DNA from: an uncultured Clostridia bacterium
GTDB taxonomy: Bacteria > Bacillota > Clostridia > TANB77 > CAG-508
Length of the DNA stretch: 64,000 nt
NCBI GenBank assembly: GCA_934167835.1
Contig: CAKPLZ010000001.1
Location: forward strand, 138,005 to 202,004
Reading direction: 5' to 3'
The position numbers and the translations under genes are program-made. Below, in pieces: positions 10,597-23,409 of this stretch (positions are counted from its first letter, which is position 1; every line of letters starts with the position of its first letter). The notes beneath the pieces are model-generated. The model ran no database searches. It saw only the letters and a list, made by a program, of their open reading frames with translations, and was not told where the DNA came from.

Positions 10597-11019
10597 TTAG
10601 AATGGTAAATCGTCTTCTTGTTGTGGTGCAAATTCTGAGCTTTCAGAAACTGCATTTCCAAAAGTACTTTCAAATCCTTCTGCACCGCCAGCATTCTCTC
10701 TCTTGCTATCTGCAAAATATGCTTCTTCTGCGATTACCTCTGTAACATAATGTTTTACCTTATTTTCATCTTCCCAATTTCTTGTCTGAAGTCTTCCAAC
10801 TACTCCAACTTGTTGACCTTTTTTAAACCACTTGCTACAAAACTCGCCTGTTTTGTTCCAAGCTACAACGTTTATAAAGTCAGCTTGTCTTTCTTCACCT
10901 GGTTTGCTAAATCTTCTATTTACTGCTAATGAAAAACTTGCAACCAATGTGTTTGTATTACTTGTATATCTAACTTCAGGATCTCTTGTTAAACGACCCA
11001 TTAGAATAACTTTATTCAT
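10597..11019 (-). CDS. ssb: Single-stranded DNA-binding protein
   Basis: MNKVILMGRLTRDPEVRYT... OB fold, acidic tail ending DDLPF. Confidence 0.9.
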   Translation of the reverse strand: MNKVILMGRLTRDPEVRYTSNTNTLVASFSLAVNRRFSKPGEERQADFINVVAWNKTGEFCSKWFKKGQQVGVVGRLQTRNWEDENKVKHYVTEVIAEEAYFADSKRENAGGAEGFESTFGNAVSESSEFAPQQEDDLPF

Positions 11020-11022
11020 TTA

Positions 11023-11310
11023 TTATTCCTCCTCTTTAACTACCATGAACTTCATAACTTCGTCTGTTATTCTATAATTTCTTTCAAGCTCAGCTATTAA
11101 TTCTGGTTTTGCTTCGAATTTGAATACTAGGTAAAATCCTTCTTTTTGCTTATTTATTTCATAAGCTAATTTTCTTTTTCCCATTTCTTCAACAGAAGCT
11201 ACTGTTCCGTCAGCATTAATTAAATCAGAGAATTTTTTTATTAAATTTTTAACACTTTCTTCCTCTAAATTTGGATTAACAATGACAACACTCTCGTATT
11301 TATTCATCAT
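11023..11310 (-). CDS. rpsF: 30S ribosomal protein S6
   Basis: MMNKYESVVIVNPNLEEE... Start chosen at the ATG 5 nt after RBS agggagg (reverse complement of 11316-11322). The track ORF runs on to 11376. Confidence 0.85.
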   Translation of the reverse strand: MMNKYESVVIVNPNLEEESVKNLIKKFSDLINADGTVASVEEMGKRKLAYEINKQKEGFYLVFKFEAKPELIAELERNYRITDEVMKFMVVKEEE

Positions 11311-11441
11311 TTCCACCTCCCTCTTGGATATAACCCATATTGTCCTAACTAATATGAGTAAGGATAAAACGGCCACAATAAAAAGACCGCTCTTTGCAGC
11401 CTTTTTATTTTACCATATTTTGCAAGAAAAATCAAGCGTTT

Positions 11442-12165
11442 TTATAGAATTCGTACTATATCATTATATGTCACAAATATTGAAAGCCCAATTAAAAGCA
11501 AGAATCCTGCCATTTGAATTTTTAGTTCTGTAGTTTGTTTTAGTGGTTTTTTGCGGATTGCTTCTATTATGAGTAGAAATATTTTTCCTCCGGTCTAGTG
11601 GTGGGAATGGTAGGAGGTTTGTTATACCTAGTGATACTGAAATTACTGACATCATGTAGATGAATTCTTTTAGTCCATTTGTTTCTACTACCATGTCTGA
11701 TATTCCTACTACTCCAACTAGTTGGTCTGCTTTTACTTTTCCTGTGAATAGTTCTATTATTCCTTGAATTGAGGCTCCTAGGAAGTTTCCTGTAAATTTT
11801 AATCCTTTTTGTAATCCTAATATGCTTGATGCTATTATTGCACATAAAATTAATCCAAAGATTATATTTACAGTTCCACCTGCTAGCAATATTGCTATTT
11901 TCTGTGGTATTGTTTTTTGATTATATGCTCTTTGGTCTTCTACTGGTTCATCCTCTCCAAGCATATTTACGAAGCCTCCCATAGGAATTGCCTTTAGTTC
12001 ATACGAGGTTTCTTTTCCTTGTTTTTTCCAAATTGTTGGGCCAAAACCTATTGCAAATTGTTTTATTTTTACATTAAATAGTTTTGCAACTAAAAAATGG
12101 CCGAGTTCATGTATAAATATTAGGAATCCCAATAAAAATGCTATTTTCAAAAAACCGATAATCAT
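11442..12165 (-). CDS. Site-2 protease family (M50) membrane metalloprotease, no PDZ domain; one apparent +1 frameshift, probably an artifact
   Basis: HELGH zinc motif. LPFPPLD then a frame change to GGKIFLLIIEAIRKKPLKQTTELKIQMAGFLLLIGLSIFVTYNDI. The extra base is at ~11592. Confidence 0.75.
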
Positions 12166-12181
12166 TAATTGTGTTCTCCTT

Positions 12182-12973
12182 TTAGATTAAATTTAATAAA
12201 AAATATGCAAATGGTGCTATTAGTAAAATACTGTCTATTCTATCTAACATTCCACCATGCCCTGGAATAATTTTTCCAAAGTCTTTAATTCCTGTAAATC
12301 TTTTTATACATGATGCTGCTAAATCTCCTATTTGACCTAATATACTTAAAACTATTGCTATCCCTGTTATTGACAAATATGATATTTCAAAATTCATTAC
12401 TGTGTTTAGAAAATAGGTATATAAAACAAATAGTATTACAGCGCCTATTATTCCAGCTATACTTCCTTCTATTGATTTTTTCGGACTTACTGGAGTGAGT
12501 TTATGTTTTCCAAATCTCATTCCTATAAAATATGCAAAGGTATCTGTTCCCCAAGCAGCAAACGCTACATACCAAATTAAGAACTTTCCATTTTCCATTG
12601 CATATATTAATGGAATAAATATTATAAAACCGATAATATAAATAATTCCAAATCCAGTAAGTGCAATATCCTCATAGTTTATTTTCATTTCTGTTATTAT
12701 TACTTTTAAAAACAATAATACTATTGATACTAGAAAACTAATTATAATTACCTTTGGTGTTAAAAAATTTAAAAAAGCTATTAATATTGCTAAAATATTT
12801 CCTATCCATCTATCAACATTTTTCTTTCCTTTAAAGCTGTTAAAGTACTCATTTACAGCAATTATTGCCACTGTTGATATTGTTAAATTCACAATTGTTG
12901 TATTCCCACAAATCAATATAAGTGTCAAAAGAGCAAATAAAATTACTCCTGATATTATTCTTTTGACTTTCAT
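12182..12973 (-). CDS. cdsA: Phosphatidate cytidylyltransferase
   Basis: Polytopic membrane protein; CdsA signature region ...GKIIPGHGGMLDRIDSILL. Confidence 0.85.
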   Translation of the reverse strand: MKVKRIISGVILFALLTLILICGNTTIVNLTISTVAIIAVNEYFNSFKGKKNVDRWIGNILAILIAFLNFLTPKVIIISFLVSIVLLFLKVIITEMKINYEDIALTGFGIIYIIGFIIFIPLIYAMENGKFLIWYVAFAAWGTDTFAYFIGMRFGKHKLTPVSPKKSIEGSIAGIIGAVILFVLYTYFLNTVMNFEISYLSITGIAIVLSILGQIGDLAASCIKRFTGIKDFGKIIPGHGGMLDRIDSILLIAPFAYFLLNLI

Positions 12974-13707
12974 TATTTCTTCACCTCATCTGGACGTCCG
13001 CCAAATCTTCTGTTTCTTTTTTGGTACTCTTTTATTGCTTCTATTAAATCATCTCTACTAAATTCTGGCCAGTGTTTTGCTGGGAAATAAAATTCTGAAT
13101 ATGTAAGCTGCCATGGTAAGAAGTTGCTTGTTCTTAGTTCATGACTTGTTCTTATCATTAAATCTGGATCTGGCTGACCTGCTGTATATAAACTATCTGA
13201 TATTGTTTGTTCATTTATATCTTCTATTTTAAGCTCATTATTTTTTACTTTTTCAGCTATTACCTTTGCACTATGAACAAGTTCTGCTCTACCACCATAG
13301 TTAAATGCAATGTTTAAAACTAATCCTGTATTATTTTTAGTTTTTTCAACTAATTTATCAATTCTTTTTTGAATATCAGCTGGAATATTTTCTTTTTCCC
13401 CTATAACTCTTATTTTTATATTTTTTAGATCAAGCTTTCTTAACATTGAATCTAAATTAGCCTTTAAAATAAACATTAGAGCAGAAACTTCTTCTTTTGT
13501 ACGTTTCCAATTTTCTGTTGAAAACGCATAAACAGTTAAATATTTTATTCCAATTTCATTGCAGAATGTTGCTATATTATCTAGGTTCTTTGAGCCTGCT
13601 TTATGTCCCTCTTTTGTTGATAAGCCATTATTTTTTGCCCATCTTCTATTTCCATCCATAATTATTGCTATGTGTTTTGGTAAATTTTCTAAATCTATAT
13701 CTTCCAT
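12973..13707 (-). CDS. uppS: Isoprenyl transferase / undecaprenyl pyrophosphate synthase
   Basis: HIAIIMDGNRRWAK..., YAFSTENWKR. Overlaps the cdsA start (ATGA). Confidence 0.9.
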   Translation of the reverse strand: MEDIDLENLPKHIAIIMDGNRRWAKNNGLSTKEGHKAGSKNLDNIATFCNEIGIKYLTVYAFSTENWKRTKEEVSALMFILKANLDSMLRKLDLKNIKIRVIGEKENIPADIQKRIDKLVEKTKNNTGLVLNIAFNYGGRAELVHSAKVIAEKVKNNELKIEDINEQTISDSLYTAGQPDPDLMIRTSHELRTSNFLPWQLTYSEFYFPAKHWPEFSRDDLIEAIKEYQKRNRRFGGRPDEVKK

Positions 13708-13780
13708 AAATTACCCCTTTTTTCCTTTTGTACTATTTTATCATATATTTGCAAAAAAATGAAATGTTTTTGCGATTTTT

Positions 13781-14174
13781 TTAAAATATATTTTTTAAAC
13801 ATAGTCTTTCCCTATCTTTTATATGTTCCGCAAAGTACATTGTAGTTTCAATTTCCTGCAAAGCTGCTTCTAATGTTCCATTTTCGAGATTGGCTTTTGT
13901 TTTTGTAAATGCCTGTTCTATATTATCCAATTCTTGATGAACAATAATAATTGACCATGTTTTATCATTTTTACTAATTATCTCATCAATTTCTTTTGCT
14001 TTGCTTAATAATTCTTCTCTATTTTCATTGGTTTTTGCTTGTATTGTTTTTTCTTTTAACTCTTGAAGTTTTGTTGATATTTCGTCTGAGGTTTTATTTA
14101 AATACTGCTGACTTGTTATATCTCCGCACTACAATTAGTACAATTATTATAATTATAATACTCCATTCCTTCAT
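13781..14174 (-). CDS. DUF4363-like small membrane-anchored protein (partner of the DUF421/YetF-like gene); one apparent +1 frameshift
   Basis: MKEWSIIIIIIVLIVV then a frame change to GDITSQQYLNKTSDEISTKLQELKEK...AALQEIETTMYFAEHIKDRE. Extra base at ~14126. Its start ATG overlaps the upstream stop as ATGA (14171-14174). Confidence 0.55.
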
Positions 14175-14851
14175 GATTTTTTCCTTTCTTTTTCTTGGCA
14201 GAAAATTTGTCCCTTACCATCAAATGTTACAATTAAAGCATTTTCAGGCTTTATATTAAATTTTTCCACTTGTTTTTTTAGCCAATTTACATCTCTTCCG
14301 ATTGTTTTTAAATTTTCATGCATTATTTTCCCATCTATTATTAAATCATAAGGTATGCCTTCATATTCTGGTACTATGTTAAAATCTGCTGGAATGGTAT
14401 TTCTTTTCTCTGGTTTTTGTATTACACTTATTTGCCCACTAGTTTCAAGTATTGCGTATTCAACATCACCTATGTTAAATATGTTGTTTTGTCTTAGTCT
14501 TTCCTGAAGTTCATTCATTGTTATTTTTTCTTTTTTTAGTGCTTTTTCATCAATTTTTCCTCTGAATATCAATATCTGCGGTTTGCCACATATTAAAGCT
14601 CTTAAATTTATGCTTTTCATATTTAATATTGATAAAATAAGTTGAAAAGCTAAAAGTGTTAATATTGGTATTATGCCATTAGATATTGGAATTCCAGTAT
14701 CTGCCATTGGTACTGATGCAAGGTCTGCTATCATTATAGCAATTACCAATTCAAATGGTTGCATTTGGCTTATTTCACGTTTTCCCATTAATCTCATTAC
14801 AATTAAAACTAATAAGTAAATTATACTTACTCTTATAAATGTATTTAACAT
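14171..14851 (-). CDS. DUF421 (YetF-like) membrane protein
   Basis: MLNTFIRVSIIYLLVLIVMRLMGKREISQMQPFELVIAIMIADLA... is a typical YetF N-terminus. Start taken at the Met with RBS gaaggag (the track ORF extends to 14956). Confidence 0.7.
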   Translation of the reverse strand: MLNTFIRVSIIYLLVLIVMRLMGKREISQMQPFELVIAIMIADLASVPMADTGIPISNGIIPILTLLAFQLILSILNMKSINLRALICGKPQILIFRGKIDEKALKKEKITMNELQERLRQNNIFNIGDVEYAILETSGQISVIQKPEKRNTIPADFNIVPEYEGIPYDLIIDGKIMHENLKTIGRDVNWLKKQVEKFNIKPENALIVTFDGKGQIFCQEKERKKS

Positions 14852-15008
14852 ATTTTCTCCTTCATATATATAAATTTTTAGCATTTTTTTTGAAAATATA
14901 CTCAGTTTTTTTTGAATAAATATTTGAAAATTGATAATAATATTATCGAAACCCAAAAATCAAAGCAAAATTAGATATATATATTTAAAGTTAGGAGGTT
15001 TTAGCGAA

Positions 15009-15386
15009 ATGTCAAATAACAATCAGAATGTTCAGACTTCAAATGGTACTAGTACTGTTTGGCAAATAGTTGGTAGACTTATAACTGCAGCTGTTGTTCT
15101 TGCTATTACTGCTTTTTTTACACCTGGTTTTCAAATTTCAAACTTTTGGTCTCTAGCAATTGCTGCTATCGTTCTTACTATTATGGATTACTTAATTGCT
15201 AAATTTACTGGTATACAAGCTAGTCCATTTGGAAAAGGATTTGTTGGTTTTGTTGTATCTGTAATTATACTATATGCAACTCAATATTTTGTTGCTGGAT
15301 ACTCAATTTCTTGGATGGCTGCAATTATTGGTGCTCTTATCTACGGTGTTGTTGATTACTTCTTACCTGGCGAACAAAAAATGTAG
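15009..15386 (+). CDS. Phage-holin-4_2 / YvlD (Mgs) family membrane protein
   Basis: FTPGFQISNFWSLAIAAIVLTIMDYLIAKF...ISWMAAIIGALIYGVVDYFLPG resembles the PF04020 family. RBS aggagg at 14993-14998. Confidence 0.55.
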   Translation: MSNNNQNVQTSNGTSTVWQIVGRLITAAVVLAITAFFTPGFQISNFWSLAIAAIVLTIMDYLIAKFTGIQASPFGKGFVGFVVSVIILYATQYFVAGYSISWMAAIIGALIYGVVDYFLPGEQKM

Positions 15387-15392
15387 TAAAAA

Positions 15393-15435
15393 GCAAAGTA
15401 TCTTGACTTTAATGTCAAGATACTTTGTTTTTTTA
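15393..15435. terminator. Bidirectional rho-independent terminator
   Basis: caaagtatcttgac / gtcaagatactttg 14-bp stem followed by T7. Confidence 0.75.
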
Positions 15436-16617
15436 TATATTTCTAAGTTTTAAATAATCTACAAGGTCCATGGTTCTTTCTTCTGCTTCTATTTTATATT
15501 GTACCTCACCTAATTCATTTATTGCATATAGTTTAACTAAATGGTCACATGGTAGATATGTTTTACCATCGTTTAAATTAATCAAGCCATATTTTTCATC
15601 TTTTTTTACTACTATTTTTTCATCTGTAATTCCATTTTGTTTTGGTATTATTAAGGTATAAAGTGTTTTATTATTTTCTGTTGGTTTATATCCTATTTCA
15701 TCATATATAATATCAGTAAGCATTGTTCCATCTTGTTTCATTATTCCATATTTTGAATTGTTTTTTACCTTATAAAGTTTGTTTTCATAATTTAAAATTT
15801 CTAATCCATCATATTTAAGGGTTTGCTCTATAGTACCATTTTTGCTTAAGATTCCATATTGTTTATTTGCATTAGAAACAATATAATTCATATAATACTC
15901 ATCAAATACAATACTTAAATATTTAGTATTGATTATCTCTTCTAAGTTTTCATTCAAGACTCCATACATTCCATTTCTGCTGGCAATAACATATCCATAA
16001 GATAATGCTTTCAATTCATTTTGGTTTGTTGCTAAAGTGTAGCCTGTATCTTTTAGTTTTTCGGTATACATACTTACTAAATATTCATTAGAAAATATAT
16101 AAAAATCCTGTTTTTGATTTGCTGTGCAGACTGCATTTAATGCGATTTGTATATCATTTACATTTATATATAACATATTTTCAAAACTAATTATATTGCT
16201 ATCTAGTATATAATATTGGTAATCTATATTTGTTCCTTCTTCATATTTATATATTCTATTTGAATCTGATTCAAACCCAGTTATTAATTTTTTATTCTTT
16301 ATATAGCATTTTGCAGTATCTACTCCATATTTGCCATATTCATTATTAACATACTCATAGTTTAATAGTTCTGAAAGATTTTTTAGTGAGATATATTTAT
16401 TCCCCTCTTCATCACTCTTTACTATTGAATCGCTATTTTCTATTAATTGATTGTCAACATATAGTTTGGGAGTATCTGTTTTGTTTGTTACAATATATAC
16501 CATTACAATTACTATCATAATTGCCATTAATATTGATAAAATTAGTAAAAGTAAAACTATCTTTTTTCCTTTAACTTCTTGTGGAGCTTGGTTGACATTT
16601 TTATTTAATAAATCCAT
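15433..16617 (-). CDS. Membrane-anchored protein with WG/YG-type beta-repeats
   Basis: N-terminal TM helix. Repeated KYG(I/L/V)..(N/D)G units (KYGLINLNDGK, KYGIMKQDGT, QYGILSKNGT, MYGVLNEN). Confidence 0.5.
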   Translation of the reverse strand: MDLLNKNVNQAPQEVKGKKIVLLLLILSILMAIMIVIVMVYIVTNKTDTPKLYVDNQLIENSDSIVKSDEEGNKYISLKNLSELLNYEYVNNEYGKYGVDTAKCYIKNKKLITGFESDSNRIYKYEEGTNIDYQYYILDSNIISFENMLYINVNDIQIALNAVCTANQKQDFYIFSNEYLVSMYTEKLKDTGYTLATNQNELKALSYGYVIASRNGMYGVLNENLEEIINTKYLSIVFDEYYMNYIVSNANKQYGILSKNGTIEQTLKYDGLEILNYENKLYKVKNNSKYGIMKQDGTMLTDIIYDEIGYKPTENNKTLYTLIIPKQNGITDEKIVVKKDEKYGLINLNDGKTYLPCDHLVKLYAINELGEVQYKIEAEERTMDLVDYLKLRNI

Positions 16618-16644
16618 TCTTACACATTCCTTTCAATCGGAGTA

Positions 16645-19775
<3,131 letters not shown>

Positions 19776-19868
19776 TATACCTCTTTTTGTTTAATCTTAT
19801 CATAAAATGTCGATTTTTACAATACAAAATCAATAATTTTAACAAGTATTTTTTGTAATATTATTATA

Positions 19869-20069
19869 TTATTTTTCATTAAAAAATATTTCAAAAATGC
19901 TTTTATTTAAGGCTTTTGCAATTTTTTCCATTACATCTAATGATGGATGCTTTCTTGAGCCATTTTCCAAATGGCATAAGTATCCAGATGATATACCACT
20001 TTTTTCTGATAACTCATCCAAAGTCATTCCTTTTGATTTTCTTATTAATTTTAATTTATTATAATACAT
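19869..20069 (-). CDS. XRE-family HTH regulator (Cro-like, 66 aa)
   Basis: KLIRKSKGMTLDELSEKSGISSGYLCHLENGSRKHPSLDVMEKIAKAL. Confidence 0.8.
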   Translation of the reverse strand: MYYNKLKLIRKSKGMTLDELSEKSGISSGYLCHLENGSRKHPSLDVMEKIAKALNKSIFEIFFNEK

Positions 20070-20248
20070 TACGTTTCCTCCTTTTTTTGACTAATTAACA
20101 ATTATATTATCATATTACAATTTGACAAGTCAATACTTTTGTGATATTTTTTATAAAATTTGATATTTTTTTCTTCTTTACTACTAGACAAAATTGGAAA
20201 ATTTTAGTATAATGTAAAAAGATTATTTAAGAAATGAGGTATTTTATT

Positions 20249-20815
20249 ATGATAGGTGATATGATCGCAAAAATTAGAAAAGAAAAAGGTATGACCAAAA
20301 CAGAACTTGCCGAAATGACTGGAATTAATATTGGTCATTTAACACACATTGAAAAAGGAGAAAGAAACCCTAGTCATAAAGCTCTACGTAATATTTGTAA
20401 AGCATTAGACGTTCCTTACCAACAATTAATGTATACTTATGATAAAGTATTAAATGAAGACCAAGAAAAATATGGATTAGTTGAACACATTTCATACAAC
20501 AAAGTTTTAGCTGTGGACAATGTAAATTCATTTATAGATTGCCCTTCTAGTGTTCCTTCTGCTTCAATTGCAGTTAAGGTTTTAGATGATTCTATGGAGC
20601 CAGTTTGTAAAAAAGATGAATATGTATTTATTGAATTAAACAGTCCTTTAACTACTAAAGATATTGGTTTATTTAGTGTAAATGGTGAAGTAATTATCAG
20701 AAAATTCTATTTTAAAAAAGGGAAATATACTTTAAAGGCAGAAAACAAATCTGTTAAAGACATTGCAATTACTGATTCAGACGATTTTTACATTATTGGA
20801 AAAGTTTTAGTTTAA
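20249..20815 (+). CDS. LexA/cI-like repressor: XRE HTH plus S24 peptidase domain
   Basis: HTH (IRKEKGMTKTELAEMTGINIGHLTHIEKGERNPS), then an S24 fold with Ser (VKVLDDSMEP) and Lys (VIIRKF). Transcribed divergently from the XRE gene. Confidence 0.75.
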   Translation: MIGDMIAKIRKEKGMTKTELAEMTGINIGHLTHIEKGERNPSHKALRNICKALDVPYQQLMYTYDKVLNEDQEKYGLVEHISYNKVLAVDNVNSFIDCPSSVPSASIAVKVLDDSMEPVCKKDEYVFIELNSPLTTKDIGLFSVNGEVIIRKFYFKKGKYTLKAENKSVKDIAITDSDDFYIIGKVLV

Positions 20816-20915
20816 AATTTTTTTAAAAAATTTGTAAAAAATACTTGCATTATATATTTTTTAATAATATAATGTTGTGTAGCAAAAGATAAATTATTAA
20901 AAAGAGGTATGAAAA

Positions 20916-21380
20916 ATGGAATTATTAAAAAACATATTTTTTAATACAGATAAGTTAGTACGCAATTCAACAGTAAAAATCTCATATACAGGAAAATTCT
21001 TTGAGGATAATTCTGAAGAAGTTTTTATTCACTATGGTTTTGGTGAAAATTGGGATAATTTGTCTGAAATTAAAATGGAAAAAACTGATTTAGGATTTCA
21101 AACAGAAATAACTCTTTTAGATAGCGATACATTTAATTTCTGTTTTAGAAATGGTTTAAATGAATGGGATAACAATGATTCTAAAAACTATTGTTTTAAT
21201 CTAGAATCTCCATGTTTGGATTTAGCTGTAACAGATAATGTTTACGGAATAGCTAAACCTAATAGACTTAGAAAAACATATTTATGGAGTAAAAAGATTA
21301 AAATTGCTGTATATAAATTTATGCGTTATATTCCAAAACTTATTACTGGAAATTATAAAAGAAAAGTTGAAGAAAAATAA
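20916..21380 (+). CDS. Hypothetical protein with a starch-binding-like (CBM25/26-type) beta-sandwich signature
   Basis: ...HYGFGENWDNLSEIKMEK...FNFCFRNGLNEWDNNDSKNYCF; called from the pattern only. Confidence 0.35.
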   Translation: MELLKNIFFNTDKLVRNSTVKISYTGKFFEDNSEEVFIHYGFGENWDNLSEIKMEKTDLGFQTEITLLDSDTFNFCFRNGLNEWDNNDSKNYCFNLESPCLDLAVTDNVYGIAKPNRLRKTYLWSKKIKIAVYKFMRYIPKLITGNYKRKVEEK

Positions 21381-21390
21381 TCATTTGGTA

Positions 21391-21417
21391 AAGGGCTGAT
21401 TAACAGCCCTTTTTTAT
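21391..21417. terminator. Bidirectional terminator
   Basis: aagggctg attaa cagccctt followed by T5. Confidence 0.65.
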
Positions 21418-22136
21418 ATTACGTATCCTCCATTTACAGAAATTATCTGTCCTGTTGTAAAATCATCTTCAATTAGCCATTTTATACATCTATAGATATC
21501 AATTGGTCTACCTATTTTTCCAAGCGGTGTTTCATTTCTTATCTCAGTTTTAATGTGTTCATCTAGCATGCTATTCATTTCCGTATCAATTACACCTGGT
21601 GCAATTGAATTTACTCTGATATTTGAAGGTCCAAGTTCTTTGGCAAGAGATTTTGTCATCGCGTCAAGACCTGCTTTTGAGATTGAATAAACTGTTTCGC
21701 ATGATGCTCCTACTTGTCCCCAAATTGATGATATATTAATTATTAAACCACTTTTTTTATGTATCATGGTTGGCAAAACTGCTTGTGACATATAAAATGC
21801 TGATTTTAAATTTGTATTTATTATTTCTTCCCAGTCATCATCTGTAACATCTTGGAACATTTGTAGTTTTGCTATTCCTGCATTGTTTATTAATACATCA
21901 ATATTTCCAAATTTTTCAATTGCAAAATCTACCATTGATTTTACATCTTTTCTTTTTGAAACATCAGCTTTAAAAACTTCTACTAAATATCCTTCTTCTT
22001 GTAAATCTCTTTGAATTTTTAATGCCTGTTTTTCTGATTTATTATAATTTAGTAGAACATTATGTCCATCTCTTGCCAAATTTTCTACTAAACATTTTCC
22101 TATTCCTCTTGAGCCTCCTGTAACTATGATATTCAT
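21414..22136 (-). CDS. SDR-family oxidoreductase (FabG-like)
   Basis: TGGSRGIGK Rossmann motif, SxnY...K catalytic residues (SSIWG...YSISKAG). Confidence 0.85.
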   Translation of the reverse strand: MNIIVTGGSRGIGKCLVENLARDGHNVLLNYNKSEKQALKIQRDLQEEGYLVEVFKADVSKRKDVKSMVDFAIEKFGNIDVLINNAGIAKLQMFQDVTDDDWEEIINTNLKSAFYMSQAVLPTMIHKKSGLIINISSIWGQVGASCETVYSISKAGLDAMTKSLAKELGPSNIRVNSIAPGVIDTEMNSMLDEHIKTEIRNETPLGKIGRPIDIYRCIKWLIEDDFTTGQIISVNGGYVI

Positions 22137-22190
22137 AACCTATCCCCTCTTTCTTAGAACATATTAGCATTATTATAAACAAATGTCAAA

Positions 22191-22544
22191 TCATACAATT
22201 TGTTTTAAATGGTTGATGTAGTACTTATTATTTGCTACATAGACCTCTATTGCATCAATTCTAACATTTGTATCCTCTAAATTTCTGACATGCAAATAAT
22301 ATTTAGCAGCCTTTATTAAATGCTCTAATTTTCTTTTTGTAACTGATTCTGATGGTAAGCCATATTCAGTGCTTGTTCGTGCTTTTATTTCAACAAATAC
22401 TACATAATTTTTATCAAGAGCAATTACATCTATTTCTCCTTGTCTGCATAAAAAATTTCTATCTAATATGTTGTAGCCTTTGGTTTTCAAATACTCTACT
22501 GCAACATCTTCTCCTTTTTTTCCTAAAATGTGCCTTTCATACAT
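22191..22544 (-). CDS. YraN-family (UPF0102) endonuclease-like protein
   Basis: KGEDVAVEYLKTKGYNILDRNFLCRQGEIDVIALD. Confidence 0.8.
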   Translation of the reverse strand: MYERHILGKKGEDVAVEYLKTKGYNILDRNFLCRQGEIDVIALDKNYVVFVEIKARTSTEYGLPSESVTKRKLEHLIKAAKYYLHVRNLEDTNVRIDAIEVYVANNKYYINHLKQIV

Positions 22545-22550
22545 TTTTTA

Positions 22551-23408
22551 TCACTCCTTTGCCTTAAAATTGTTTCCTGGTAAAGCTTTTATATAGCCTT
22601 CAAGCTCTAGCATTGTAAGTATTGTGTTTACATTTGCAATGCTTTCTCCTGTTTTTTTACTTATTTCATCTGCATTTAACGCCTCTTGTATAATTGAATT
22701 ATATACTTTTCTATACTCAAGTGGTATTTCCAAATCATATTGTGCCTCACTTTGTATAATGGTTTGTTTTTTTAAACAATCTAATATATCTTTAGGTTCT
22801 GTTACAAGTATTGCGCCTTTTTTGATTAGCCTATTTGTTCCTATTCCTGCTTTATCTTCAATTGAGTGTGGTATGCAGAAAAGTTTTCTTTTAAATTTTT
22901 TCACATATTCTGCTGTAATACCTGTACCACTTTTTGTTTTTGCTTCTACAACAAGAGTTCCTAAACTCATTCCTGCAATAATTCGATTTCTGTCTCGAAA
23001 TCCTTGAGGAAATACCTCAACTTCTGGGCTATACTCTGAAATTATTGTTCCATTGTTTTCCAAGATTTTTTCAAAAATAATTTTGCTTGGAAAGATATGT
23101 TCAAACCCAGACCCTAGTACTGCAATTGTTTTTCCTTTAGTTTCCATAGCTCCTAGATGTGCATGGCTGTCTATACCTTTTGCCATTCCACTTACTATTG
23201 TAATTTCATTTTGCCCAAGATAATTTGCAAATCTTTTTGCAACATCAGCTCCATAGCTAGTACAACAACGCGAACCAACGATTGAAATACACTCATTATT
23301 TAGTATTTTCTCATCTCCTAAGACATATAGTTTCTGAGGTGGATTTTGAATATTTTTTAATTGTCTTGGATAACATTCACTTTCAAATTCTATTTCCTTT
23401 ATTTCCAT
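22551..23408 (-). CDS. dprA: DNA-processing protein DprA
   Basis: Rossmann-like core ...IVSGMAKGIDSHAHLGAM...TIAVLGSGFEHIFP. Confidence 0.85.
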   Translation of the reverse strand: MEIKEIEFESECYPRQLKNIQNPPQKLYVLGDEKILNNECISIVGSRCCTSYGADVAKRFANYLGQNEITIVSGMAKGIDSHAHLGAMETKGKTIAVLGSGFEHIFPSKIIFEKILENNGTIISEYSPEVEVFPQGFRDRNRIIAGMSLGTLVVEAKTKSGTGITAEYVKKFKRKLFCIPHSIEDKAGIGTNRLIKKGAILVTEPKDILDCLKKQTIIQSEAQYDLEIPLEYRKVYNSIIQEALNADEISKKTGESIANVNTILTMLELEGYIKALPGNNFKAKE

Positions 23409-23409
23409 T

